This document shows positions 8,029-15,564 of a stretch of DNA of 36,431 nucleotides, piece after piece. Under the pieces are notes generated by a model, which worked only from the letters and a program-made list of their open reading frames with translations, was not told where the DNA came from and made no database searches. Within the stretch, counting starts at the first letter, position 1. Each line of letters opens with the position of its first letter. The stretch is from a virus (Duplodnaviria > Caudoviricetes): positions 1 through 36,431 of the IMG/VR virus record IMGVR_UViG_3300032330_001469. One strand, 5' to 3'. Both the position numbers and the translations under genes were made by a program.

Positions 8029-8400
8029 ATGGACATCCTGAAGCCGGGGGATGAAGTCTTCATCCAGCTCTACAGGGGGCACATCCGCCGCGCCGGCCAA
8101 GTCGAGCGCGGCCCCGAGCGGCACCTGATCGGCCGCGTCGGCCGCATCTGGGCTTACGCCTACCTGCCGGGCGAGAAGCGGGAATGGCCGCACGCCGGCC
8201 TCCGCATCAACAAGGCGACCCGCGCGGTCGAGGATGGTCGCGGCACGGTCTGGCCGAGCGTCGCGGTGTTCGAGGAGGATCGGGCGCGTAGCTCGGTCTG
8301 GGAGGAGCTGAAGCGCCGCATGCGAGAGTTCCCTCGCATCCCCAAGCACCTGACCGCCGCGCGGCTGCGCGAGCTGCAAGACGAGATGTTCCCGGCATGA
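8029..8400 (+). CDS. Hypothetical protein
   Basis: GAGGGG SD; coupled to the next gene. Confidence 0.7.
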   Translation: MDILKPGDEVFIQLYRGHIRRAGQVERGPERHLIGRVGRIWAYAYLPGEKREWPHAGLRINKATRAVEDGRGTVWPSVAVFEEDRARSSVWEELKRRMREFPRIPKHLTAARLRELQDEMFPA

Positions 8401-9176
8401 GCTACTTCGACATGGATCACGCTGACTGGGTTCAGCGCAACATCAGCGCCTCGAAAGCGCTGGCCAGCAAGCGCCGCCCGAAGGTCGACCGCCATGGCTG
8501 CCGGGTCGGCTGGACCCAGGCGCCCGACAAGCTGACGACCTTCCAGGCCAGGGTCTTCGACATCATCGGCATGTCTCTGGGCGGCATCTACAACGCGCCG
8601 ATCACCTGGGATAGCATCGAGTGGGGCAGCGAGAGCGACGACTCTGAATGGGATCACCTGATGGTCCCGCTGCGGCACGGCGAGCTGGCCACCTTCGATG
8701 GCTGCGGCCTGACGTTCCTTGTGCTGTTGTGCCATGAGGCGCGCATCCGGCTCTCGATCAGCCCGCGCATGCGGGGCCTGGAGCTGCGCTTTCACAAGCG
8801 CCACGCCGAGGGCGGCTACAGCCGGCGCCACCCCAACATCGAGGAGGCCGTCGCCGGCCTGCGGAAGCTGCTGCCGGCCGACAGCCGGGTGCCGTACCGC
8901 CCGGCCGGGGAGGAGGCGCCGCCGCCGACCGACCCGGCGCCGATGGCCACCGAGGCCCTGCGCCTTGTGCTGACGATGGCGCCGAGCTTCCAGGGCGGCC
9001 ATAGCCGCACCGGAGACGCTGTAGCGAAGTTCCTGGGCGTCGACTTTCCGATCCGGGTGACGGCGCTGGAGGTGGTCGCCAGGGCGCGCGGGTTCGATCC
9101 CGACGAGTTGTGGCCCTGGCTGAGGGAGGTTCGCCGCGCTCCGGCAGCCAAGGCTGAGGAGGCGCCCGGTGGCTAA
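8397..9176 (+). CDS. Hypothetical phage protein, apparently two domains
   Basis: ATGA overlap; GGIYNAPI...LATFDGCGLTFLVLLCHEARIRLSISP. Confidence 0.75.
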   Translation: MSYFDMDHADWVQRNISASKALASKRRPKVDRHGCRVGWTQAPDKLTTFQARVFDIIGMSLGGIYNAPITWDSIEWGSESDDSEWDHLMVPLRHGELATFDGCGLTFLVLLCHEARIRLSISPRMRGLELRFHKRHAEGGYSRRHPNIEEAVAGLRKLLPADSRVPYRPAGEEAPPPTDPAPMATEALRLVLTMAPSFQGGHSRTGDAVAKFLGVDFPIRVTALEVVARARGFDPDELWPWLREVRRAPAAKAEEAPGG

Positions 9177-9471
9177 CCTGACCCCAGAGCAGCGCGCCGA
9201 GCTGATCCGCAGGCGCGACAAGCTGCGCCAGGAGGGCCTGACCCATCCGGTGATCGCCGCCCGGCTGGGCTACAGCGTAGGCGGCCTGAAACGCATGGCG
9301 GTGCGCGTGGCGCAGGATCGCGCCCAGGAGGCGCAGAGGGAGTTCAGCGAGGGTGAAGGTGCGCTTGGTGGAGGCCGTTGGCTGGCGCGACCGCGACCTT
9401 GCCCGCATGGCGGCCTCCCGCCGGGCCGGCACGGTCATCAGCATCTTCGGGACGGCGATCCCTGCCAATGA
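9169..9471 (+). CDS. Small HTH protein; C-terminal extent doubtful
   Basis: LRQEGLTHPVIAARLGYSVGGLKRM; tail overlaps the next gene by ~120 nt. Confidence 0.55.
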   Translation: MANLTPEQRAELIRRRDKLRQEGLTHPVIAARLGYSVGGLKRMAVRVAQDRAQEAQREFSEGEGALGGGRWLARPRPCPHGGLPPGRHGHQHLRDGDPCQ

Positions 9472-9616
9472 GCGGGGCTACTACATCCGCTTTGATGTGG
9501 GGCGCGCTGGCGTGAAGCCGGTCGAGCGCACGTTGAACGCTGGCTCGCTGGAGCTGGCCCGCGACGCGGCTGGGAAGCCGTTGCCGCGCAAGGAGGCCCC
9601 ACCCCATGCGTTCTAA
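9353..9616 (+). CDS. Hypothetical protein
   Basis: GTG start; fills the gap in a coupled gene run. Confidence 0.5.
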   Translation: MKVRLVEAVGWRDRDLARMAASRRAGTVISIFGTAIPANERGYYIRFDVGRAGVKPVERTLNAGSLELARDAAGKPLPRKEAPPHAF

Positions 9617-9920
9617 GCTCCCTTTGGCCAAGGGTCAGGTCTGGACCGGCCCGGTCCTGTTCCGCTCCTGCCCCGACACCGGCGGCTGGCTGTTCGGCGA
9701 CGACGGCGATGCCGAGGTCGGCTCGGTCGAGCTGCACATCCTGGCCATCGGCACGCTGCCCGACATCGGCGAGGTGGTGAAGACCCGCCGCAGCTTCGTC
9801 ACCCCGACCGGGGAGCGCTGGGCCTCCAGCAGGATGAACGGCCTGCGCGCCGGCGCCACGGTGCGACGGCAGATCAACGACAAGCAGATGAAGCTGAAGG
9901 AGGCCCCTGATGCCGGCTGA
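9606..9920 (+). CDS. Hypothetical protein
   Basis: GGAGG SD, overlapping stop/start. Confidence 0.6.
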   Translation: MRSKLPLAKGQVWTGPVLFRSCPDTGGWLFGDDGDAEVGSVELHILAIGTLPDIGEVVKTRRSFVTPTGERWASSRMNGLRAGATVRRQINDKQMKLKEAPDAG

Positions 9921-10416
9921 CCCGCGCGACGCCGAATGGGGTTGGGTCTGGGGGTGGGGTTCCGAGCCGGAGCGCTACTACATCAGCGGCAACAGCCGGG
10001 AGGCCGCGCTGGAGGAGGCGCTGACGGCTGCCAAGCGCGACGGCATCGACGGCGAGGTCACGATCTGCGAGGGCCGCCCCGAGGTGCTGACCGACAAGTT
10101 CTTCGACGCCGACAACGTGCTGGAGGAATGGCACGACGCGAATGAGGAGCGGCAGGATGAGGATGGTGAGCTGTCGATGTCGCCCTCGGCGCAGCAGAAG
10201 GCCGATCTGGAGAAGATGCTGGCCGAGGCGTTCGCCGCGTGGCGCCGGAAGCATGGCCTTGGCCGAGCCTGGACCCTGGAGACGCGCAAGGCTGAGGTGG
10301 TGGCGATCCCCGAGCCGCCGCCGGCCGCCTGGGTGGCGTGCCTGCCCAGCGAGGAGTGCAGCAGCCCTGGCGACCGGGGCTGCCGCTGCGCCATGATGCG
10401 ACAATCTGGTGCATAG
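9910..10416 (+). CDS. Hypothetical acidic protein with Cys-rich tail
   Basis: GGAGG SD; W.WG.EPERY....SREAALEEA. Confidence 0.7.
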   Translation: MPADPRDAEWGWVWGWGSEPERYYISGNSREAALEEALTAAKRDGIDGEVTICEGRPEVLTDKFFDADNVLEEWHDANEERQDEDGELSMSPSAQQKADLEKMLAEAFAAWRRKHGLGRAWTLETRKAEVVAIPEPPPAAWVACLPSEECSSPGDRGCRCAMMRQSGA

Positions 10417-10440
10417 CGCATAGAACAATGCACTCGCTGG

Positions 10441-10521
10441 TTGACATGGCGGGTGCCGGGCTTCAACATCACCGGGCCGGCATCGAGCCGGCCCCACCAA
10501 CAGGAGGGTCACATGACCGCC
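10441..10521 (+). promoter_or_regulatory. Early expression cassette
   Basis: TTGACA-17-CAACAT, gggccggc-atcga-gccggccc, caccaacaGGAGGGTCAC ATGACCGCC. Confidence 0.8.
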
Positions 10522-10698
10522 GTCTACCCCGACCTCAACCGGGCCATCGTGCTGATCGAGGCCATTGCCAAGCAGGGCAATACCGCTGCCCGCGAAGCCC
10601 ATGCCGCGCTGCTGCTGCACCGCCGCGAGCTGACCTCCCCGCCGGTGGTGGCCGTCGCCACCCAGGTGATCCCGTCGATTGCCGACCGGCCCTACTGA
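10513..10698 (+). CDS. Small hypothetical protein
   Basis: Cassette SD; begins MTAVYP. Confidence 0.65.
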   Translation: MTAVYPDLNRAIVLIEAIAKQGNTAAREAHAALLLHRRELTSPPVVAVATQVIPSIADRPY

Positions 10699-10700
10699 CC

Positions 10701-10904
10701 ATGCCGACCTTTCGCATCCGCTACCGCCAGCAGGGTGGTGGCACCCAGGTGTTCAGCGATGACCGCATCGCCCCCAACCAAGCCTTGGCCGAAAAGGCCC
10801 TCTACGCCATCCACGGCACCAGACCCGCCTTCAAGAGCTTGCAGGTCGTCGGCGTCGAGCGGATCGGTGATGACGGCAAGGCCACCCCGCAGGAGCCGGC
10901 ATGA
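10701..10904 (+). CDS. Small hypothetical protein
   Basis: MPTFRIRYRQQ...; 2 nt after the previous stop. Confidence 0.6.
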   Translation: MPTFRIRYRQQGGGTQVFSDDRIAPNQALAEKALYAIHGTRPAFKSLQVVGVERIGDDGKATPQEPA

Positions 10905-11092
10905 CGCCGGAGATGCTGAGGTTGCTGGCGGCGCTGATCGAGCTGGCGGGGGTATGTGGCCTCGCTGGCTTCATCATCGCCTTCGAGGTCTTCGAGCGCC
11001 GGAGGCCCAGCAGGGGGCCGACGCTCACCACTACCCAGGTGCGGGAAGCGCTCGCGCCGGGACTTAACGACGTGTTCGGAAAGGAACCGTAA
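10901..11092 (+). CDS. Small membrane protein
   Basis: Single hydrophobic helix [21 protein letters not shown]; coupled on both sides. Confidence 0.6.
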   Translation: MTPEMLRLLAALIELAGVCGLAGFIIAFEVFERRRPSRGPTLTTTQVREALAPGLNDVFGKEP

Positions 11093-11703
11093 TGGCTGGA
11101 GTCAACAAGGTCATCCTCGTCGGCCGCCTGGGCAAAGACCCGGAGGTCCGCAACTTCCAGAACGGCGGCAAGGTCGTGAACCTGTCGGTCGCCACGTCTG
11201 AGACGTGGAAGGACAAGGATGGCAACCGGCAAGAGCGTACCGAGTGGCATCGGGTCGCCATCTTCAACGAGAAGCTGGGGGAGATTGCCGAGCGCTACCT
11301 GTTCAAGGGCAGCGAGGTTTACCTCGAAGGCCAGATCGAAACCCGCAAGTGGCAGGACGCCAGCGGCGCCGACAAGTTCAGCACCGAGGTCGTGCTGCGG
11401 CAGTTCCGGGGTGATATTGCCCTGATCGGCGGCCGGCAGCAGGGTGGCGGGGATGCCCGCCAGGATGACCGGGGAGGCCAGCAGCAGCAGCAGCGGCCTG
11501 CGGCCGGCGGGAATGGCGCCGCTCCCAGCGGTGGCCACGCGGCGGGCGGCGGTGGTGGCCGGCCGCAGGGTGGTGGGCAGGCGAGCTATGGCGGCGGTCG
11601 CGGCACCGGCGGCGATGGTCAGCGCGGCGGCGGTGGCCGTGGTGGCGGCCAGTGGGATGCCCCCAGGGGTGGCGGCGACCTCGACGACGACATCCCCTTC
11701 TAG
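11092..11703 (+). CDS. ssb: Single-stranded DNA-binding protein
   Basis: [17 protein letters not shown]...TEWHRV...[16 protein letters not shown]; Gly-rich linker; DDDIPF tail. Confidence 0.98.
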   Translation: MAGVNKVILVGRLGKDPEVRNFQNGGKVVNLSVATSETWKDKDGNRQERTEWHRVAIFNEKLGEIAERYLFKGSEVYLEGQIETRKWQDASGADKFSTEVVLRQFRGDIALIGGRQQGGGDARQDDRGGQQQQQRPAAGGNGAAPSGGHAAGGGGGRPQGGGQASYGGGRGTGGDGQRGGGGRGGGQWDAPRGGGDLDDDIPF

Positions 11704-11884
11704 GGGTCCAGACCCGTTCCTCCGGGGCCGAAAGGCAAGAGGGGCGCGTCCAGGGCCAGACCTGGGCACCCCGCGTCGTCGTTGCTGGGATCAAGCGGCG
11801 CGGGCGTAAAAAACCCAGAGCAAACGCAGCTCATGGCGTGACAGGCCGGAAAGACGGCCACCACATCCAACAGGAGGAGGGCAC

Positions 11885-12892
11885 ATGCCCCCGCGCAACG
11901 ACAGCATGATGAGCAACCCCGCAATGAACGCCACGGCGGGGCGCCCTGAAAGCCCGCAAGAATACCGCGACCGGGTTGAGCGTGAGGCCGCTGAGGCCGG
12001 CCGCGCCGCCGCCCGCCGCCTCGGCCGCCGCATCATCTACGGCGTTGGTGGCGTGGCCATTTTGGCGACCGTCATCTCCGGCCTGTTCAGCGTGCATGAG
12101 CGTGAGCGTGCCGTGGTCACCCGCAACGGCGGGTTCAGCTATGTCGCTGGCCCTGGCCTGCACCTGAAGGCGCCCTGGATCGACGGCATCGAGCTGGTCA
12201 GCCTGGGCCTCCAGACCCTGACGCTGACCAAGCTGGAGACGTTCACCAGCGGTGCCCAGCCGCAGCACGTCGACCTCGACATCACCGTCCAGTGGCAGGT
12301 TCCGGCCGAGAGCGTCGAGCGGGTGTTTCGCCAGGGTCGCAACGTCGACCAGCGGCTCCAGTCGATGGTGATCGACCGGGCCAAGATCGAGGTCGGCCAG
12401 CGCCACGCCGAGGCGATCCCGACCCAGCGGGCCGCCATCGTGACGGCGCTGCTGGGCCATGTGCGGGAGCAGGCCATGGCGCTGTATGGCGTCGAGGTGG
12501 TCGACCTCCAGCTCGTCAACTTCGACTACAGCCCCGAGTATCGCCGGGCGGTCGATCTGGCGGCGGTGGCCCAGCAGAATCAGGCCCGCACCACGGCCGA
12601 CGCCGTCTCGGCGGTCGAGCGCGCCAAGGGTGAGGCCAATGCCGCCATCGAGGCGGCGCGCGGCCGGGCCGATAGCCAGAAGCTGGAGGCGCAGGCCCAG
12701 GCCGACGCGATCCGGTTGCGCGGCGAGGCTGAGGCGGCGTCCATCGAAGCGCAGGCCAAGGCGCTGGGCAGCAACCCGCTGCTGGTGCAGCTCCGCACGG
12801 CCGAGCGCTGGAATGGCACGCTGCCGCAGAACCTCTACGCCAGCGCCCCGATCCCGCTGCTGACGCTGCCGGGCCAGACCGCCTCGCGGTAA
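11885..12892 (+). CDS. SPFH/band 7 (prohibitin-like) membrane protein
   Basis: TM helix, ERAVVTRNG..GPGLHLKAPWID, AxGEAxA coiled coil, NPLLVQL...ERWNGTLP. Confidence 0.9.
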   Translation: MPPRNDSMMSNPAMNATAGRPESPQEYRDRVEREAAEAGRAAARRLGRRIIYGVGGVAILATVISGLFSVHERERAVVTRNGGFSYVAGPGLHLKAPWIDGIELVSLGLQTLTLTKLETFTSGAQPQHVDLDITVQWQVPAESVERVFRQGRNVDQRLQSMVIDRAKIEVGQRHAEAIPTQRAAIVTALLGHVREQAMALYGVEVVDLQLVNFDYSPEYRRAVDLAAVAQQNQARTTADAVSAVERAKGEANAAIEAARGRADSQKLEAQAQADAIRLRGEAEAASIEAQAKALGSNPLLVQLRTAERWNGTLPQNLYASAPIPLLTLPGQTASR

Positions 12893-13062
12893 CCGACGCC
12901 GGAGCCTGCCCTTTCCGACGCTGCCGCCCGGCGCGGCGTATCCACCCCTTCTGCCCCGGCCTCGGCCGGGGTCAACCCGCGCAGGCTGCGGCTCGCAGGC
13001 GCATACAGCGGGAAGACGGGGAGCCGGGCATCTTGCCAACCAACAAACCAAGGAGGGCCGAC

Positions 13063-13521
13063 ATGGCCGCCCGCCGCATCTACCTCGCCAGCTCCTGGCG
13101 CAACCCGATCTACTTCGACGTGCTGGCCGCGCTGCGCGAGGCTGGCCACCTCTGCTACGACTTCCGCAACCCGGCACCGGGCAACACCGGCTTCGCCTGG
13201 AGGGAGATGGACCCGGCGTGGCAGGACTGGACGCCCGAGAAGTACGCCAATCTGATCCACGGCGGCATCCCGGCCGCCGGCTTCGCCCTCGACAAGGCGG
13301 CGATGGACTGGGCCGATACGTGCGTCCTGCTGCTGCCCTCGGGCCGCAGCGCCCACATCGAGGCTGGCTACATGGTCGGCCGGGGCAAGCCGACCTTCAT
13401 CCTACTGAACGAGAAGGGCTTCGAGCCGGAGCTGATGTATCTCCTGGCCGACGGCATCCACACCACCGTGCAGCAGGTCATCGAAGCCCTGGACTGCTTG
13501 CCGGAGGTGCATGCGGCATGA
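13063..13521 (+). CDS. Nucleoside 2-deoxyribosyltransferase-like protein
   Basis: IYLASSWRN...DKAAMDWADTCVLLLPSGRSAHIEAGYMVGRGKP. Confidence 0.75.
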   Translation: MAARRIYLASSWRNPIYFDVLAALREAGHLCYDFRNPAPGNTGFAWREMDPAWQDWTPEKYANLIHGGIPAAGFALDKAAMDWADTCVLLLPSGRSAHIEAGYMVGRGKPTFILLNEKGFEPELMYLLADGIHTTVQQVIEALDCLPEVHAA

Positions 13522-14318
13522 GCCAGATCGTGAAGCTGCGGCGCCTGCCGCACGGCGAGGGGCTGGACCTCCCGGCCTACGCCACCCCCGGCGCGGCCGG
13601 CTTCGATTTGTCGTCTGCCGTGAACCACACTGGCCAGTGCGCCATCCAGCCCGGCGAGCGCGCCCTGATCCCGACCGGCTTCTGCTTCGAGGTGCCGCCG
13701 GGCCATGAGATGCAGGTTCGGCCGCGCAGCGGTCACGCGCTGAAGGCCGGCCTCATGGTGGTGAACTCGCCCGGCACGGTCGACAGCGACTTCAGGGGCG
13801 AGGTGCAGGTCATCCTCTACAACTCCGGTGATAAGCCCTTCATCGTGACGCGCGGCATGCGGATCGCCCAGGGCGTCATCGCCCCGGTGGTGCGCGCCGA
13901 GTTCGTGTTGGCCGAGGAGTTGAGCCAGACCGAGCGTGGTGAGGGTGGCTACGGCTCGACCGGCAGCACGCCGCAGGAGCGGTTCAAGGCGGTGGTCAGC
14001 GGCGTGCATGACGTGAACGCTGCCTACCTCACCGGCGCCGCGACGCCGCAGACCATGATCGAGGCGTTGATGGTCGAGCAGGCCGGCAAGCCCGCTGCTG
14101 GCCGCCCCACCGACCGCACCCTGGCGCGGGTGGCTTACACCACGCTCGCTGACTGCCTGCGCCACACCGGAGATGTCCTGGCGCGCTATCAGGAGGTGGC
14201 GCAGGGAACCCCGCTGATGCTGCGCCTGGAGGCGCTGCGGCTGGAGGTCAGCGGCGTCCTGAATGGCCGCAACCTCGCCGGGGTGTTCAGCGAGGGCCTG
14301 AAGAAGGAGGAGTGGTGA
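13518..14318 (+). CDS. dut: Trimeric dUTPase with a ~115-aa C-terminal extension
   Basis: Five motifs: AAGFDL, RPRSG, GTVDSDFRGE, GMRIAQ, RGEGGYGSTG. Confidence 0.95.
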   Translation: MSQIVKLRRLPHGEGLDLPAYATPGAAGFDLSSAVNHTGQCAIQPGERALIPTGFCFEVPPGHEMQVRPRSGHALKAGLMVVNSPGTVDSDFRGEVQVILYNSGDKPFIVTRGMRIAQGVIAPVVRAEFVLAEELSQTERGEGGYGSTGSTPQERFKAVVSGVHDVNAAYLTGAATPQTMIEALMVEQAGKPAAGRPTDRTLARVAYTTLADCLRHTGDVLARYQEVAQGTPLMLRLEALRLEVSGVLNGRNLAGVFSEGLKKEEW

Positions 14319-14944
14319 TGGACGACATCAAGAGTTGGCGGGATGTCGCGCCGATGGACGAGAAGCGTCTGTCGACGCGGCTTCGACAATGCCTGCACAA
14401 CGATGGCATCAGGACCATGGGCGAGGTGCTGAAGCTGAGCGACCAGCACCTTCGCCGCATCCCGAACTTCGGCACCGTTTCCCTGAAGGAGCTGCGGGAC
14501 TTCGTGCGGGACGCCGAGGCAGGGAAAGCGCCGCCAGGGGCTGAGGATCGGGCTGCGCTGGAGCGGAGCGTGGCGGCTGTGGCGATGAAGCAGACCAAAG
14601 AGGTTATCCGAGCCTTGGTCGCCGAGCTTCGCGCGATCAGGCCGCCAGCTACGCGCCCCCTGGGCGCCGATGAGGTCATGCGCGCCAAGGACGACCGCAT
14701 TGATGGGCTGCTGGTCGCCAACAACTACGAGGTCGAGCGCCGGCGCTTCGCCGAGTGGAAGTTGCGGGAGGCCAGGGCGGCCCTGGTGGAGGCCCGCAAT
14801 GTCGCCGGCGATGCCGCGATCATGCAGCGCGCCAAGGGCACCGAGAGCGACAACATGGAGGCGAAGGAGAGCGAGCGGCTGGAGGCCCTGGTCGACGCTG
14901 CCATCAAGCTGGTGGATAAGCCCTTCAAGGCGCCGCTGTCGTGA
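14318..14944 (+). CDS. Protein with an RNA polymerase alpha-CTD-like domain and a coiled-coil C-terminus
   Basis: LSTRLRQCLHNDGIRTMGEVLKLSDQHLRRIPNFGTVSLKELRDFV parallels RpoA LSVRSANCLK..I..IGDL.....L...PNFGRKSL.EI. Confidence 0.85.
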   Translation: MDDIKSWRDVAPMDEKRLSTRLRQCLHNDGIRTMGEVLKLSDQHLRRIPNFGTVSLKELRDFVRDAEAGKAPPGAEDRAALERSVAAVAMKQTKEVIRALVAELRAIRPPATRPLGADEVMRAKDDRIDGLLVANNYEVERRRFAEWKLREARAALVEARNVAGDAAIMQRAKGTESDNMEAKESERLEALVDAAIKLVDKPFKAPLS

Positions 14945-15042
14945 CCCATCCCCCGCTGACCTTCGCCGAGAAGCTGCTGCGGCTCGGCTACCATGAGGTG
15001 GTCCTCTACTACCGGAGCCTGGGCAACCCAATCCTGGGTTGA
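14941..15042 (+). CDS. Possible 33-aa peptide
   Basis: GTGA coupling; MTHPPLTFAEKLLRLGYHEVVLYYRSLGNPILG. Confidence 0.35.
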   Translation: MTHPPLTFAEKLLRLGYHEVVLYYRSLGNPILG

Positions 15043-15068
15043 CGCCCCGGCCCGGTCAGGGCCATCCT
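15039..15068 (+). promoter_or_regulatory. Promoter of the sRNA
   Basis: TTGACG-18-CATCCT; predicted start ~15075 coincides with the first base of the sRNA 5' hairpin. Confidence 0.55.
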
Positions 15069-15074
15069 GGCGCG

Positions 15075-15153
15075 GTCGGCGGTGTGGCGTCGCCGGCATG
15101 GACGTTTCCTCCCTAAACTCAGCCCGGCCGTTCGCGCGGCCGGGCTTTTCTTT
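15075..15153 (+). ncRNA. MmgR/suhB (alpha-r8)-like small RNA
   Basis: 5' hairpin gtcggcggtg-tgg-cgtcgccggc, unpaired TTTCCTCCCT decamer (15105-15114), then an intrinsic terminator; ~79 nt. Confidence 0.75.
15121..15153 (+). terminator. Rho-independent terminator ending the sRNA and early region
   Basis: agcccggccg-ttcgcg-cggccgggct followed by tttcttt. Confidence 0.85.
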
Positions 15154-15271
15154 GCCCGCATCGCGGCATCCCAGGGCATCCCGGCCGGAGGCCGGTCGCT
15201 GGACCTGCGGCAATCCCAGGTCCAGCTTGCCGGGCGACATGATTATGGGGCGTGCTGGCGCGGCAGGCGCG

Positions 15272-15428
15272 AGTTGTCGCGTTGTGGCTGCGCCAACCAG
15301 CACTTATCGGGCGGCAAGGCGGCAAGGCGTTGTTGTTGGCTGGTTGTCGGGGAGCCTGTTGGCGGGCCGAGTTGTCGCCGCCTCACGCGCGACAACTTAG
15401 CAGTTGTCGCTGCAACCACCGCCAACTA
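15272..15428. repeat. AGTTGTCGC/GTTG repeat array upstream of the terminase genes
   Basis: Exact AGTTGTCGC at 15272, 15370, 15402; inverted copy at 15389; several degenerate GTTG(T/G) copies. Confidence 0.7.
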
Positions 15429-15564
15429 CATTCACGGTTGCGGGATGGCCACCTCGGTCGGGCGACCGAGGGCTTTACCTCCTGCGATCCTGCCTCGCCC
15501 TGGAGGCGGCCTTCGCCCGGCCGCTGGCACCCAGGGCGAGGCAGCCCCCACCCTGGAGGTTGGA

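Noticed and set aside
5066-10521. CRISPR array or integron attC sites as an explanation for the dispersed repeats
   Set aside because: Repeats are 0.7-2.5 kb apart, contain a promoter and SD, lack attC core boxes, and no cas or integrase gene is present
13005-13040. gggaagacggggagccgggcatcttgcc resembles the 3' B12 box of a cobalamin riboswitch
   Set aside because: The conserved 5' core of the riboswitch is not present and the downstream gene is unrelated to B12
15082-15564. N-terminal extension of ORF 15082-15963
   Set aside because: Crosses the sRNA, terminator and repeat array; a good SD and ATG at 15565 give the more likely start
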